64,000 nt of DNA from an uncultured Candidatus Rokubacteria bacterium (GTDB lineage: Bacteria; Methylomirabilota; Methylomirabilia; Rokubacteriales; CSP1-6): positions 1 to 64,000 of the forward strand of contig CAVWWD010000004.1 in NCBI GenBank assembly GCA_963758635.1. The letters run 5' to 3'. Below, piece after piece: positions 53,289 through 63,597 of this stretch. The position numbers and the translations under genes are program-made. The notes beneath the pieces are model-generated. The model worked only from the letters and a program-made list of their open reading frames with translations. It did not search any database and was not told where the DNA came from. How positions within the stretch are numbered: position 1 is the stretch's first letter; each line of letters starts with the position of its first letter.

Positions 53289-54398
53289 ATGACCCAGCAC
53301 GCCACGACCACGGCCGTCGCCCAGGATTTCCACGACCGCATGCACGCCGCGCGCATCTACGGGCTCTGGGAGCTGGCGAGCCAGATGACGCGGCACCCGG
53401 AGCCGCAGGCGATCCCGTACATGTGGCCGGCCGCGCTGCTCGACGCCATGGTGAGCGAGGCGGCGGAGGTGGTGCCGGTGGGTGAAGAGCGGCGGGCGCT
53501 CCAGCTCTTCAACCCCGGGCTGGACGGCCGCTGGGCCACGACCAACACGATGATCGCCGCGGTGCAGATCCTCCTGCCCGGCGAGACGGCGCGCGCGCAC
53601 CGTCATACGCCCACCGCCATCCGCTTCATCATGGAAGGCGAGGGCGCCTACACCGCGGTCGACGGCGAGCGCGTCTACATGGCGCCCGGCGACCTCGTGC
53701 TCACGCCGAGCTGGGCGTGGCACGATCACGGCAACGAGACCGACCGCCGCGTGGTCTGGATGGACGGCCTCGACGTGCCGCTGGTCCAGGCCGTCAACGC
53801 CATGTTCTTCCAGATGTACGAGGAGCGGCAGGTGCCGCTCGACAAGGCGAACAATGCCTCCGCCGGCCTGCACGGCCATGCGGGCCTGCACCCCACGTGG
53901 GTGAAGGAGCGCCCGCGGTCGTCGCCGCTGCTGCTCTACTCGTGGGAGAAGACGTGGGCGGCGCTCCAGGAGCTCCGCGACGCCGCCGGCGACCCGCACG
54001 ACGGCGTGGCCCTCGAGTACACGCATCCGCAGACCGGACGATCGCTGCTGCCGACGATGGCGTGCTGGATCCAGATGCTGCGGCCGGGCGAGCGCCTCCG
54101 CGCCCATCGGCACACGGGCAGCGCCGTGTACTTCGTGGTCCGCGGCGAGGGCGAGACGGTCATCGACGGTTGCCGCTACGCGTGGGGTCCGGGCGACATC
54201 ATCACGCTGCCGTCGTGGGCCCTCCACGAGCACGCCAACCCCGGCCGCGAGCCCGCCGTGCTGTTCTCGATCCAGGATCGGCCGGTGCTGGAGGCGCTCG
54301 GCCTTCACCGCGAGGAGGCGACGGGGACGAGGCGGCCACCAGACCGTCACGTCCACGTTCAAGGCGTAGCGCGGACGCCGGCGAGCCGCGAAGGATGA
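53289..54398 (+). CDS. Gentisate 1,2-dioxygenase-family bicupin
   Basis: ERRAL.L.NPGL, AHRHTP.AIRF, WHDHGN, WMDGLDVPL, AHRHTGS. Confidence 0.85.
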   Translation: MTQHATTTAVAQDFHDRMHAARIYGLWELASQMTRHPEPQAIPYMWPAALLDAMVSEAAEVVPVGEERRALQLFNPGLDGRWATTNTMIAAVQILLPGETARAHRHTPTAIRFIMEGEGAYTAVDGERVYMAPGDLVLTPSWAWHDHGNETDRRVVWMDGLDVPLVQAVNAMFFQMYEERQVPLDKANNASAGLHGHAGLHPTWVKERPRSSPLLLYSWEKTWAALQELRDAAGDPHDGVALEYTHPQTGRSLLPTMACWIQMLRPGERLRAHRHTGSAVYFVVRGEGETVIDGCRYAWGPGDIITLPSWALHEHANPGREPAVLFSIQDRPVLEALGLHREEATGTRRPPDRHVHVQGVARTPASREG

Positions 54399-55360
54399 AG
54401 TTCGGGTTCTCGCCGGTCCAGTCCGCGCGGACCTTCGAGTCGATGCGGGTCCAGGCCGAGCTGGCCGACGCGCTCGGCTTCGATACGCTGTGGATGCACG
54501 AGCACCACTCGGGCGCCACCCTCTACCCGTGCCCACTGACCGCGCTGGCCGCCGTCGCCGATCGGACACGCCGCATCCGCCTCGGCACCAACATGCTGCT
54601 GCTCCCGCTGGCCCATCCTGTGCGCGTTGCCCAGCAAGCGGCCATGCTGGACGTGCTGTCCGGCGGCCGGCTCGTTCTGGGGGTGAGCGCGGGCTACGCG
54701 GCCGACGAGTTCGCGGCGTTCGGCGCGAGCCTGAAGGAGCGCGGGCGGCGGATGGAAGAGGGCGTGGCGCTGATCCGCGCGCTCTGGACGCAGCCGGCCG
54801 TCACCGCGGACGGCCCGGGGTTCTCACTCCGCGATTTCGCGCTGTTCCCGCGCCCGTTCCAGCAGCCCCCTCCCATCTACATGGGCGCGGTGTCCAAGGC
54901 CGCGGTCCAGCGCGCGGCGCGGCTCGCCGACGGCTTCGTCCTCGGCGCGCCCACTCCACGGAGCGAGGTGCGCGCCCGGGTGGAGATGTACCGGCGTGAG
55001 CGTCCCGTGGGCGCGCCGCCGGGAGAGGTGGTTCTGAACCGCTTGGTCCAGGTAGTGCGTGACCGGCCGGCGAAGGTGGCGGCGGAGCGCTTCTTCACGG
55101 AGCGCTTCGTGCACTTCTATGGGCACTGGGGCCACGACGAGGTGCGAGACCTGGATGCGCCTGCCCGGGCGCCCGAGACCGCGGCTCGCGAGCACTTCGT
55201 CATCGGCGAGCCCGAGGAGTGCGCGGAGAGGATCCAGGAGTACGTCTCGATGGGCGTGTCCCACGTCGCGTGCCTGATGAACTTTGGCGGCCCCGACGTG
55301 GCCGCCGTCGATGCCTCGATGCGCCTCTTCGTCGAGCGAGTGATGCCACGTCTCGGATAG
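54395..55360 (+). CDS. LLM-class flavin-dependent oxidoreductase
   Basis: MKFG, HEHH, IRLGT...LPL.HPVRVA, LDVLSGGRL. Confidence 0.9.
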   Translation: MKFGFSPVQSARTFESMRVQAELADALGFDTLWMHEHHSGATLYPCPLTALAAVADRTRRIRLGTNMLLLPLAHPVRVAQQAAMLDVLSGGRLVLGVSAGYAADEFAAFGASLKERGRRMEEGVALIRALWTQPAVTADGPGFSLRDFALFPRPFQQPPPIYMGAVSKAAVQRAARLADGFVLGAPTPRSEVRARVEMYRRERPVGAPPGEVVLNRLVQVVRDRPAKVAAERFFTERFVHFYGHWGHDEVRDLDAPARAPETAAREHFVIGEPEECAERIQEYVSMGVSHVACLMNFGGPDVAAVDASMRLFVERVMPRLG

Positions 55361-55451
55361 CAAGCTTCAACGGCACCCCGGAGAACAACGGCATCATCTT
55401 CGTTCTCCGCGAGACGGACAGGTGACCGTAAGCCGGCAGAACTACCAGTCC

Positions 55452-55865
55452 CTACCCACCCGCAGCCTTGTCGGTAAAACCCTGGTCCAGTTCGGACAGG
55501 GTCTCGGCGAGCAACGCCTGGACCTCTGGCCTCTGTCCCGCGGCCATCTTCTCTCGAATGAGCGGGCGGCTGTCCCCGAGGTTCGCCAGGACCGTGCAGA
55601 GGGCGTCGACGTAGGCCAGTGGGTCGGGAGACCAGTTCGCCCGGATGCCGCTGATCACCTCACGGGCCAACGCCGGATCGAGGGACGAGTGCATGTCCGA
55701 CAGCCGCGTTGCGATGAGGTCGACCAGGGCCTCGGCCACCTCGACCCCCCAGGTCCGGTTGGCGTTCGCGTAATCGAGCAATTCCCGCACGAACGCGTGG
55801 ACCGTCTGCGGGTCGAGGATCGTCGGCTCGCGGCTGTAGTCCCTGGGTAGTCGATTCACAGGCAT
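55452..55865 (-). CDS. Hypothetical small helical protein
   Basis: Open 137-aa ORF with AGAGG RBS; no recognised family. Confidence 0.55.
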   Translation of the reverse strand: MPVNRLPRDYSREPTILDPQTVHAFVRELLDYANANRTWGVEVAEALVDLIATRLSDMHSSLDPALAREVISGIRANWSPDPLAYVDALCTVLANLGDSRPLIREKMAAGQRPEVQALLAETLSELDQGFTDKAAGG

Positions 55866-56123
55866 CAAGCACCTCTATTGGGAGCCGTGTAGCACCGCGC
55901 CTTGGTGTAGGATAGGGCGCCTTGGCCAGGCTTCGAGGGCTCCCGAGACAGTTCCGAGGAGAGGCCCATGAGCGAGCTCGGCTCCCACCGTAGGCATTCC
56001 GGCCTCACGAGGTACCGCCTCCCGGGCTTCCCCCGCTCGCTGCCCGCGCCCACGTCCACCGAAACGCACGCCACGCCCGTCGCCGGAGAGCACCGCCCGA
56101 GCGCAGTCCCGAGGAGGACCGCC

Positions 56124-57731
56124 ATGAGAGGACGGCTTTGGTTCGGTGCGCTGATCGTCGCGATGGCGGCCACCGCGCTCGGCCCGGCGCCCGAGGCCGC
56201 GGCCCGCCCGGAAGGGACGCTCACCGTCGCGGTGGCCACCTTCGGCAACGAGCGCTGGCTGCCGCACCTCTACGTCGGCGCCGAGGACGTGGTCCTCAAG
56301 CCCATGTACGAGAACCTCCTCACGCGCGACCAGAAGGGCGAGCTCGCCCCGATGCTCGCCGAGCGCTGGCAGGTGCTTGACGGCGGGAAGACGTGGCGGT
56401 TCCACCTGCGCAAGGGCGTCCAGTTCCACGGCGGCCGCGGCGAGCTGACGGCCGAGGACGTCCGGTTCACCTTCGCGTCCATCGCCAAGGACGGCTCGGC
56501 CAACTCGCTGGCCACGGAGTTCCGCCTGATCAAGAGCATGGAGGTCGAGGGTCCGCACACCCTCACGGTGCGCTTCGAGCAGCCGTCGGTCGTGTTCGGC
56601 AACAAGGTGACCCAGGGCCTCTTCGCCTCCTCCGCCTTCATCCAGTCCAAGCGCCACGTCGAGGCGGGCGAGCAAGGCGCCGAGCGCCAGCCCACGGGGA
56701 CGGGCCCGTGGAAGTTCGTGGAGCACGTGCGCGGCGACCGCATCGTGTACGAGGCGGTCGAGGGGCACTGGCGGGCCACGCCCCACTGGAAGCGTCTCGT
56801 GTTCATCAAGGTGCCCGAGCCGGCCACGCGGATGGCCATGCTGCGGGCGGGCAGCGTGGACGTGATCGAGGTCGGCGGCGAGTACGTCGACGAGCTCAAG
56901 AAGGTCGGGGTGCGGACGATCCTCATGCCCAACGTGTCGTGGGTGTACATCATCCTCGGCGGGCAGTGGGCGACCAAGCCCACCTACGATCCCAAGGTGC
57001 CGTGGGCGCAGCCCGACGCCGAAAAGGCGCGAAAGGTCCGGCTTGCCCTCAACCTGGCCGTGGACAAGCAGGCGATCATGCAGCGGGTGATGGGCGGCCT
57101 GGGCACGGTCGTGGGCTCGTGGCTGGCCTACCCCAACGACCCGTGGGCCTCGGACGCCCTGAAGAAGCCCATCCCCTACGACCCCGCGCGGGCCAAGGCG
57201 CTGCTCGCGGAGGCAGGGTATCCCAGCGGCTTCGACGTGACCATGAACCTGACGGCGTGGCCAGGCCGCGGGTACCTCCCCGACGTGGGCGAGGCCGTGG
57301 CGACCTACTGGGAGAGAGTGGGCCTCCGGGTGAAGCGCCGTCCGGTGGACCGGGCCGTGTTCTCCGCGGACTTCCGCGCCCGGGCCTACTCGGGCGTGGC
57401 CCTGGCCTACGCCGCGCCGCTGGTGGCCCCCGAGAGCTGGGAGGTCATGATCCGCGCAGCCCACACCAAGGCCGCGCTCAGCCTGTTCATGGAGCACCCC
57501 AAGCTCGACGAGTTCCTCGACCGGCTCGCCACGCAGGCGAGCTACCAGGAGCGGGTGCGCATCATGCGCGACGAGATGGGCCCCTGGCTCCACGACTACA
57601 TCCCCGGGGTCGCGATCGGCGCGGCCCACGCCATTGCCGGCGTCGGGGCGAAGGTGGGGGAGTGGCCGCTCATTCCCGGCCACATGGGCTTCCACAACTG
57701 GGAATACGTCACCCGCGCGGCCGCCCGGTGA
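56124..57731 (+). CDS. ABC substrate-binding protein family 5 (DppA/OppA-like), copy 1
   Basis: Signal peptide; PMLAERW, FHLRKGV.FH, TAEDV.F, GTGPWKF, YDP.RAKALL.EAGY. Confidence 0.9.
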   Translation: MRGRLWFGALIVAMAATALGPAPEAAARPEGTLTVAVATFGNERWLPHLYVGAEDVVLKPMYENLLTRDQKGELAPMLAERWQVLDGGKTWRFHLRKGVQFHGGRGELTAEDVRFTFASIAKDGSANSLATEFRLIKSMEVEGPHTLTVRFEQPSVVFGNKVTQGLFASSAFIQSKRHVEAGEQGAERQPTGTGPWKFVEHVRGDRIVYEAVEGHWRATPHWKRLVFIKVPEPATRMAMLRAGSVDVIEVGGEYVDELKKVGVRTILMPNVSWVYIILGGQWATKPTYDPKVPWAQPDAEKARKVRLALNLAVDKQAIMQRVMGGLGTVVGSWLAYPNDPWASDALKKPIPYDPARAKALLAEAGYPSGFDVTMNLTAWPGRGYLPDVGEAVATYWERVGLRVKRRPVDRAVFSADFRARAYSGVALAYAAPLVAPESWEVMIRAAHTKAALSLFMEHPKLDEFLDRLATQASYQERVRIMRDEMGPWLHDYIPGVAIGAAHAIAGVGAKVGEWPLIPGHMGFHNWEYVTRAAAR

Positions 57732-57759
57732 GAGCGGCCGCGGCGGAAAGGAGGAGGAC

Positions 57760-59359
57760 ATGAGGCGGCGACTGTTCTTCGTGGTGGCGCTCGCGATCGC
57801 GTTCGGCTTGACGCTGGCCGCGGGGCCCGCCGCCGCCGCGCGGCCGGAAGGGACGCTGACCGTTGCCGTGGCGACCTTCGGCAACGAGCGCTGGCTGCCG
57901 CACCTGTACGTCGGGGCGGAAGACGTCGTCCTCAAGCCGCTGTGGGAGAACCTCCTCAACCGCGACACCAAGGGCAACCTCACGCCGATGCTCGCCGAGC
58001 GCTGGGAGATGACGGACGGCGGCCGCACGTGGAAGTTCCACCTGCGCAAGGGCGTCCGCTTCCACAACGGCGCCGAGATGACGGCCGAGGACGTGAAGTT
58101 CACCTTCACCATGATGGCGCGGGACGGCTCGGCCAACTCGCTCGCCCCCGAGTTCCGCCTCATCAAGAGCATGGAGGTCGAGGGCCCGCACGTCATCAGC
58201 ATCCGCTTCGAGAAGCCCTTCGTGACCTTCGGCAACCGGATCACCCACGGCCTCTTCTCCTCGATGGCGTACGTCCAGTCGAAGAAGCACATCGAGGCGG
58301 GTGAAGACGGCGCCGAGCGGCTGCCCATCGGCACCGGGCCCTGGAAGTTCGTGGAGCACGTGCGCGGCGATCGCATCGTGTACGAGGCGGTGGAGAACCA
58401 CTGGCGGGCCACGCCGAACTGGAAGCGGCTCGTCTTCGTGAAGGTGCCGGAGCCGGCCACGCGGATGGCCATGCTGCGGGCGGGCAGCGTCGACGTGATC
58501 GAGGTCGGCGGGGAGTACGTGGCCGAGCTGAAGGCCGTGGGGCTCCGCACGATCACGATGCCCAACGTGTCCGCGGTGTGGGTGATCTTCGGCGGCCAGT
58601 GGCCCACGAAGCCGACCTACGATCCGAAGGTGCCGTGGGCCCAGCCCGACGCCGAGCGCGCGCGGAAGGTGCGGCTGGCCCTCAACCTCGCGGTGGACAA
58701 GAGGGCCATCGTCCAGCAGGTGCTGGGCGGCCTCGGCGCCGCCGTCGGCACCGTGAACTACTACCCGACCGACCCGTGGGCGACGGAGGCCCTGCTCCGG
58801 CCGATCCCCTACGACCCCGCGCGAGCGAAGGCCCTCCTCGCCGAGGCCGGCTATCCCGCCGGCTTCGAGCATCACCATGAACCTGACGGCGTGGCCCGGC
58901 CGCGGGTTCCTGCCCGACGTCGGCGAGGCGGTGGCGACCTACTGGGAAAAGATCGGGCTGAAGGTGAAGCGGCGCCCCGTCGACCGCGCCGTCTTCGCCG
59001 GCGACTTCCGGAAGCGCTCGTACCCGGGCGTGGCCCTCGCGTACGCGGGCCCCATCATCGCCCCCGAGCCGTGGGAGCTGTTCGCGCGCATCGCCCACTC
59101 GAAGGCCGCCGTGCACCTGCTCTTCGAGCATCCGAAGATGGACGCCTTCCTCGATCGCCTGGGCGCCGAGCCGAGCGCGGCGGAGCGGACGCGGATCATG
59201 CGCGAGGAGATGGGCCCGTGGCTGCACGAGCACATGCCCGCCATCAGCATCGCCGCGACCCACTCGATCGCCGGCGTCGGGCCGAAGGTCGGCGAGTGGC
59301 CGCTGATCCCCGGGCACATGGGCCTGCACAACTGGGAATACGTGGCGCGGGGCAAGTAA
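57760..59359 (+). CDS. ABC substrate-binding protein family 5, copy 2 (frameshift near 58870)
   Basis: Close paralog of 56124-57731 with long identical peptide blocks. Confidence 0.9.
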
Positions 59360-59368
59360 GCGTCGATC

Positions 59369-60289
59369 ATGTGGCTCTACCTCGCGGGGCGGCTCGGGCA
59401 GACGCTGGTGAGCATGCTCGTGGTCATCAGCATCGTCTTCGTGCTCACGCGGATGTCGGGCAACCCCATCCACCTCCTCCTCAACGTCAACGCCACCGAG
59501 CGCGACCAGGAGATCCTCACGCGCCACCTCGGCCTCGACAAGCCGTTGCCCGTCCAGTACGTCATCTACGTCAAGAACATCGCGCGTGGTGACTTCGGCA
59601 ACTCCGTCCTCACACGCCGCCCCGTCCTCGAGCACCTCTGGGAGCGCTTGCCCGCCACCATCGAGCTAGGCTTCTGCGCGATGTTCCTGAGCGTGCTCAT
59701 CGGCGTCCCCCTCGGCATGTACTCCGCGGTCCGCCGGGGCGGGATCATGGACATGGCCGCGCGCACCTTCGCCGTGCTCGGCCAGTCCATGCCCGCGTTC
59801 TGGCTGGGGCTCATGCTCATCCTGCTGTTCGGCGTGGTGCTGGGGGTGCTGCCCGCGGGCGGGCGAGGGGACATCCAGCACCTGGTCCTGCCCGCCTTCA
59901 CGCTCGGCTACTTCACCTCGGCGGCCATCCTGCGCCTCACCCGCTCCAGCATGCTCGAGGTGCTCGGCTCCGACTACATCAAGTTCGCGCGGCTCAAGGG
60001 GCTGCACGAGCAGGTGGTGCTCTGGAAGCACGGGCTGAAGAACGCGCTGCTCCCCGTGATCACCTTCGCGGTCCTGCTCTTCGTGCAGTTCCTCGGGGGG
60101 GCGGTGGTCACCGAGACGGTGTTCGCCTGGCCGGGGCTCGGGCGCCTCATTTTGGAGTCCGTCACCACGCGGGACTACCCGATCGTGCAGGCCGGCGTGC
60201 TGGTGCTCAGCTCGCTCTACCTGTTCGGCAACCTCTGCGTGGACCTCCTCTACAGCTACCTGAACCCGAGGATCCGCCGTGCGGGGTAG
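59369..60289 (+). CDS. Dpp/Opp-type ABC permease (DppB-like)
   Basis: GLDKPL.VQY, RLTRSSMLEVL.SDYI.FAR.KGL, ETVFAWPGLG, LNPRIR. Confidence 0.9.
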   Translation: MWLYLAGRLGQTLVSMLVVISIVFVLTRMSGNPIHLLLNVNATERDQEILTRHLGLDKPLPVQYVIYVKNIARGDFGNSVLTRRPVLEHLWERLPATIELGFCAMFLSVLIGVPLGMYSAVRRGGIMDMAARTFAVLGQSMPAFWLGLMLILLFGVVLGVLPAGGRGDIQHLVLPAFTLGYFTSAAILRLTRSSMLEVLGSDYIKFARLKGLHEQVVLWKHGLKNALLPVITFAVLLFVQFLGGAVVTETVFAWPGLGRLILESVTTRDYPIVQAGVLVLSSLYLFGNLCVDLLYSYLNPRIRRAG

Positions 60290-61202
60290 ACAGCTCCCCT
60301 GGTTCGCCGGCAGCATCCTGCTCGCCCTCGTCCTGACCGCGGCCTTCGCCAACGTCCTCGCCCCCCGAAGCCCCACGGACGGCGACATCAGCACCAAGCT
60401 GATCCCGCCCGTCTGGATGGAGCGAGGCACGTGGGAGCATCCGCTCGGGAGCGACCGCTTCGGGCGCGACGTGCTGAGCCGCATCATCTACGGCAGCCGG
60501 ATCTCGCTCGCCGTGTCGCTCATCGCCATCGGGGTGGCGGGCACGTTCGGCACCCTCCTCGGGCTGATCTCCGGCTACCGGGGCGGCCTCACCGACGCCC
60601 TCCTCATGCGGCTGACCGACATCGGCCTCTCGCTGCCGACGATCCTGATCGCCGTGGTGCTCGTGGCGGTGTCCGAGCCGAGCTTCCGGAACGTCATCCT
60701 GGTGATCGCGCTCCTGCTCTGGCCGCGCTTCGCGCGCCAGGTGCGCGGGGAGACGCTCGGGATCAAGGAGCAGGACTTCGTGGCGCTCGCGGTGGTGGCC
60801 GGGCGGTCGAGCGCCTGGATCATCCGGCGCCACATCTTCCCCAACGTGGTGCCGACGCTCCTCGTGATCTCGACGCTGCAGGTGGGCTACGTGGTCCTCC
60901 TCGAGGGCACCCTGTCCTTCCTCGGCGTGGGCGTCCCGCCGCCGAATCCGGCCTGGGGGCTGATGATCGCGGACGGGCGCGGATTCCTCGCCACCGCGTG
61001 GTGGATCACGCTGTTCCCGGGCCTGGCGATGCTCCTCACCGTGCTCGCGGTGAACCTCATGGGCGACTGGCTGCGCGACCACCTGGATCCCAAGCTCCGC
61101 CAGCTCGGCGCCCGCGCCACGGTGCTGGAGGCGCCGACCTCGGCCGCCATCGGACCCGCGGTGACCGAGGCGCCGGCGCGGGGCGCCCTCTCGGGCGATT
61201 GA
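60279..61202 (+). CDS. Dpp/Opp-type ABC permease (DppC-like)
   Basis: HPLGSD..GRDVLSR..YG.RISL, HIFPNV, LSFLGVG, GDWLRD.LDPK. Confidence 0.9.
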   Translation: MRGRQLPWFAGSILLALVLTAAFANVLAPRSPTDGDISTKLIPPVWMERGTWEHPLGSDRFGRDVLSRIIYGSRISLAVSLIAIGVAGTFGTLLGLISGYRGGLTDALLMRLTDIGLSLPTILIAVVLVAVSEPSFRNVILVIALLLWPRFARQVRGETLGIKEQDFVALAVVAGRSSAWIIRRHIFPNVVPTLLVISTLQVGYVVLLEGTLSFLGVGVPPPNPAWGLMIADGRGFLATAWWITLFPGLAMLLTVLAVNLMGDWLRDHLDPKLRQLGARATVLEAPTSAAIGPAVTEAPARGALSGD

Positions 61203-61228
61203 CCGCCCCGGTAGCGATTGTCTTGGGT

Positions 61229-61618
61229 TCAGCCTCGGAGGTAGACGCTCGGCGGAAGGATGAGCACTCCGGCGATGGTCCGACCGTAGTAGGGCCCGAA
61301 GTGGGTTCGATCACCAGTCAGGAGATGCGTGGCCTGCGCGGCCATCGCCGCCAGGAAGATCACCTGGTCGTCCGGCGGCAGCACCAGCCCCTCGGGCACG
61401 AGGGCAGCGGCCGGGCTCGGGACGAGCTCGCACCTGCGCACCAGCGCCTCCAGTCGCTGGCGCTGATCGTCCTCGGACAGATTGCGCCGCGCCTCGTCCA
61501 CCGCGTACGCGGAGGTGAGGAGGGCCGCGCCGGGGCGGCGCCACAAGACGACGAGACCGGCATCGGGGCGATAGGCGGCCGAGAACAGCACATTGGCATC
61601 GAGAAAGACCCGATCCAC
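61229..61618 (-). CDS. PIN-domain toxin
   Basis: VFLDANVLFSA, EARRNL, DD..I..AA, LLTGD..HF. Confidence 0.85.
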   Translation of the reverse strand: MDRVFLDANVLFSAAYRPDAGLVVLWRRPGAALLTSAYAVDEARRNLSEDDQRQRLEALVRRCELVPSPAAALVPEGLVLPPDDQVIFLAAMAAQATHLLTGDRTHFGPYYGRTIAGVLILPPSVYLRG

Positions 61619-61633
61619 CGCGCGCGACGGGCG

Positions 61634-61966
61634 TCAGCGCGGGCGCGGTCGCTGGTGAGCGATGGTCCGGGGATCGATGCCGAGCTTCCTGACGGCCAGG
61701 ACGGCTTTGCGGTAGTCTCGCGCATTCACAGCGTTCGAAAGGAGGAACTCGGCGACGCGGGCCGGCGTGTAGATCTCGACCGGCACGGCGACGGCCGGGC
61801 GAATGAGGATACCGTCGTCACGCTCCTCGGCTATGACCAACGAGCCCTCCTCGATCCCGAACTTGCGTCGCATCCGGGCGGGGACGACGATGGCGCCACG
61901 CTTGCCGACCCGGCTCGTCTCGGCCCGGGCCGTGGCCGGCTTTCTGACTGTCGGATTGTCGGGCAT
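61634..61966 (-). CDS. AbrB/MazE-family antitoxin
   Basis: RVGKRGAIVVPARMRRKFGIEEG; VEIYTP.R.AEFLLSNA; exact start uncertain. Confidence 0.85.
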   Translation of the reverse strand: MPDNPTVRKPATARAETSRVGKRGAIVVPARMRRKFGIEEGSLVIAEERDDGILIRPAVAVPVEIYTPARVAEFLLSNAVNARDYRKAVLAVRKLGIDPRTIAHQRPRPR

Positions 61967-62200
61967 CGAGCCCAGTGTAGCGGCGCGGCGCCGACCGGGC
62001 AAGGTGAGACCGGGGATCCGCGCCGGCTCCGGGAGTGTGAGACGAGGCGCGGCGCCCGGGGGACCGCGCGGTCGAACTGCCTCCGTGTCACCCTGGGTTC
62101 GCGGCGCATGCGCTGCACCTGCTCGGCAACGTCGCGAACCATCTCGGAACTCAGGCATCACGTGTGGCCGTTCGCACGAGGAGCGGCCGATCGGAAGGGG

Positions 62201-62422
62201 CTACGGACTCGTGGTTTCGAGCGGGAGCCTCTGGATGATGATACTGGAGAGGTCAGAGGGGCTGAGTCGCTTGCTAGCGTCGAGAATCTCGAGACCGACG
62301 ATGTGCCGGTTCTCGTCGACGTCCACCGTGACGCCGTCCTCGATGTCGATGTTGTCGTCGACGCGAGCCTCACGGATCAGGATGTACAGCGCGTCGGCCT
62401 CGGGGTCGTACTCGATTCTCAT
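62201..62422 (-). CDS. DUF2283 protein
   Basis: MRIEYDPEADALYI...D.D...IVGLEILDASKR. Confidence 0.85.
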   Translation of the reverse strand: MRIEYDPEADALYILIREARVDDNIDIEDGVTVDVDENRHIVGLEILDASKRLSPSDLSSIIIQRLPLETTSP

Positions 62423-62667
62423 GCCTGCCCCATCCTCCCCGGAGGTCTCCGCTTGAAGACAGCGGAGATCACGATGATGCGCTCCAGCTCCTCCCTGTAC
62501 GTCACTCGAAGGAACCGATCCGCGACTTGCTTCCAGCGATTCATCCGGCCCGCCACTGACGGGTCTTCCCAGTCGGGAGCCTGTAGCGTCGTGTGGATGA
62601 GATCCTCGCTGATCTGGTGCCACCGCATCCGGTTGCGCGCGTGCCGCGTGAGCCGGATCGCTTTCAC
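62419..62667 (-). CDS. DUF4258-like putative toxin
   Basis: IRLTRHARNRM...IS, LRVTY, IIVISA; ATGA overlap with DUF2283. Confidence 0.75.
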   Translation of the reverse strand: MKAIRLTRHARNRMRWHQISEDLIHTTLQAPDWEDPSVAGRMNRWKQVADRFLRVTYREELERIIVISAVFKRRPPGRMGQA

Positions 62668-62734
62668 TGCGGAAGTATATCGGCAATTCGAGACCGCGCC
62701 AAGCGGCAGCGGGCTGAAGCCGGCAAACGTGAAG

Positions 62735-62880
62735 AAGGGGTTCATCGCCGTGAAGGCACTGGGCCCTGTGCCGGCGAAAGGGCTTGGCAATCCGGTGGCG
62801 GTCAACGAGGCTACGGGCGCGGGCCCGGCGAGAACGCGCCTGCTGGCGGCGGCCGCGGGGGCTGACGCGCTTCGTCTGGC
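62735..62880 (+). pseudogene. Fragment of an adenylate cyclase/AAA-ATPase gene
   Basis: GFIAVKALGPVP.KGL..PV.V.E.TGAGPARTRL.AAA / GLTRFV. Confidence 0.55.
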
Positions 62881-62946
62881 GCAGGAGTTCGCGGGCAGCG
62901 GTCACGGTCAGGTGGCGCGGGGTGATGTGAATGCGGGGGGCGGAGC

Positions 62947-63573
62947 ATGAGCACGCGACGGCTCGATCCCGATCGCGAGGCGCGATTCTGGGATGGAGCG
63001 GCACACGCGACAAGGTTCTTCATGGGTGAGGCGGACGTCCAGAGAGCCCTCGACAAGATCACGCGCCTCCTCGACGGTGCCCGGATCCCGTACGCCATCG
63101 TCGGCGCCATGGCGCTCAACGAGTATGGCTATCGGCGCGCGACGGTCAACGTCGACCTCCTGCTGACACTGCAGGGGCTCGAATCGCTCAGGGCCCTGGC
63201 GCTCGGCCATGGCTACACGGAGCAATTCCCGGGCAGTCGAGGGTTGCGCGACGTCGAGCATGGGGTCCCGATCGACGTCCTCGTTACGGGTGAGTATCCG
63301 GGCGACGGCCGGCCCAAGTCCGTGAAGTTTCCGGATCCGGCCGAGGTGGCCATTCGTGGTGTTCGTGCCGCGCTCCTGCCCCTGCCACGACTCGTGGATC
63401 TCAAGCTCGCGTCGGGGATCAGCGCGGCCCATCGCCTGCGTGACCTTGCCGACGTGCTCGAGCTCATCCGCGCCGCCGGCCTGCCCGCCGAACTGGCCAA
63501 TGAGCTGGACCCATCCGTCCGAGAGAAGTACCTCGAGCTCTGGCGTGCGGCCCAGACGGCCGATCGCCACTGA
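62947..63573 (+). CDS. Nucleotidyltransferase-superfamily protein
   Basis: IPYAIVGAMAL..YG..RAT.NVDLL, L.DLKLASG, RDLADV.ELI. Confidence 0.75.
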   Translation: MSTRRLDPDREARFWDGAAHATRFFMGEADVQRALDKITRLLDGARIPYAIVGAMALNEYGYRRATVNVDLLLTLQGLESLRALALGHGYTEQFPGSRGLRDVEHGVPIDVLVTGEYPGDGRPKSVKFPDPAEVAIRGVRAALLPLPRLVDLKLASGISAAHRLRDLADVLELIRAAGLPAELANELDPSVREKYLELWRAAQTADRH

Positions 63574-63597
63574 CGCGGAAAGAGAGGAGACACCACC

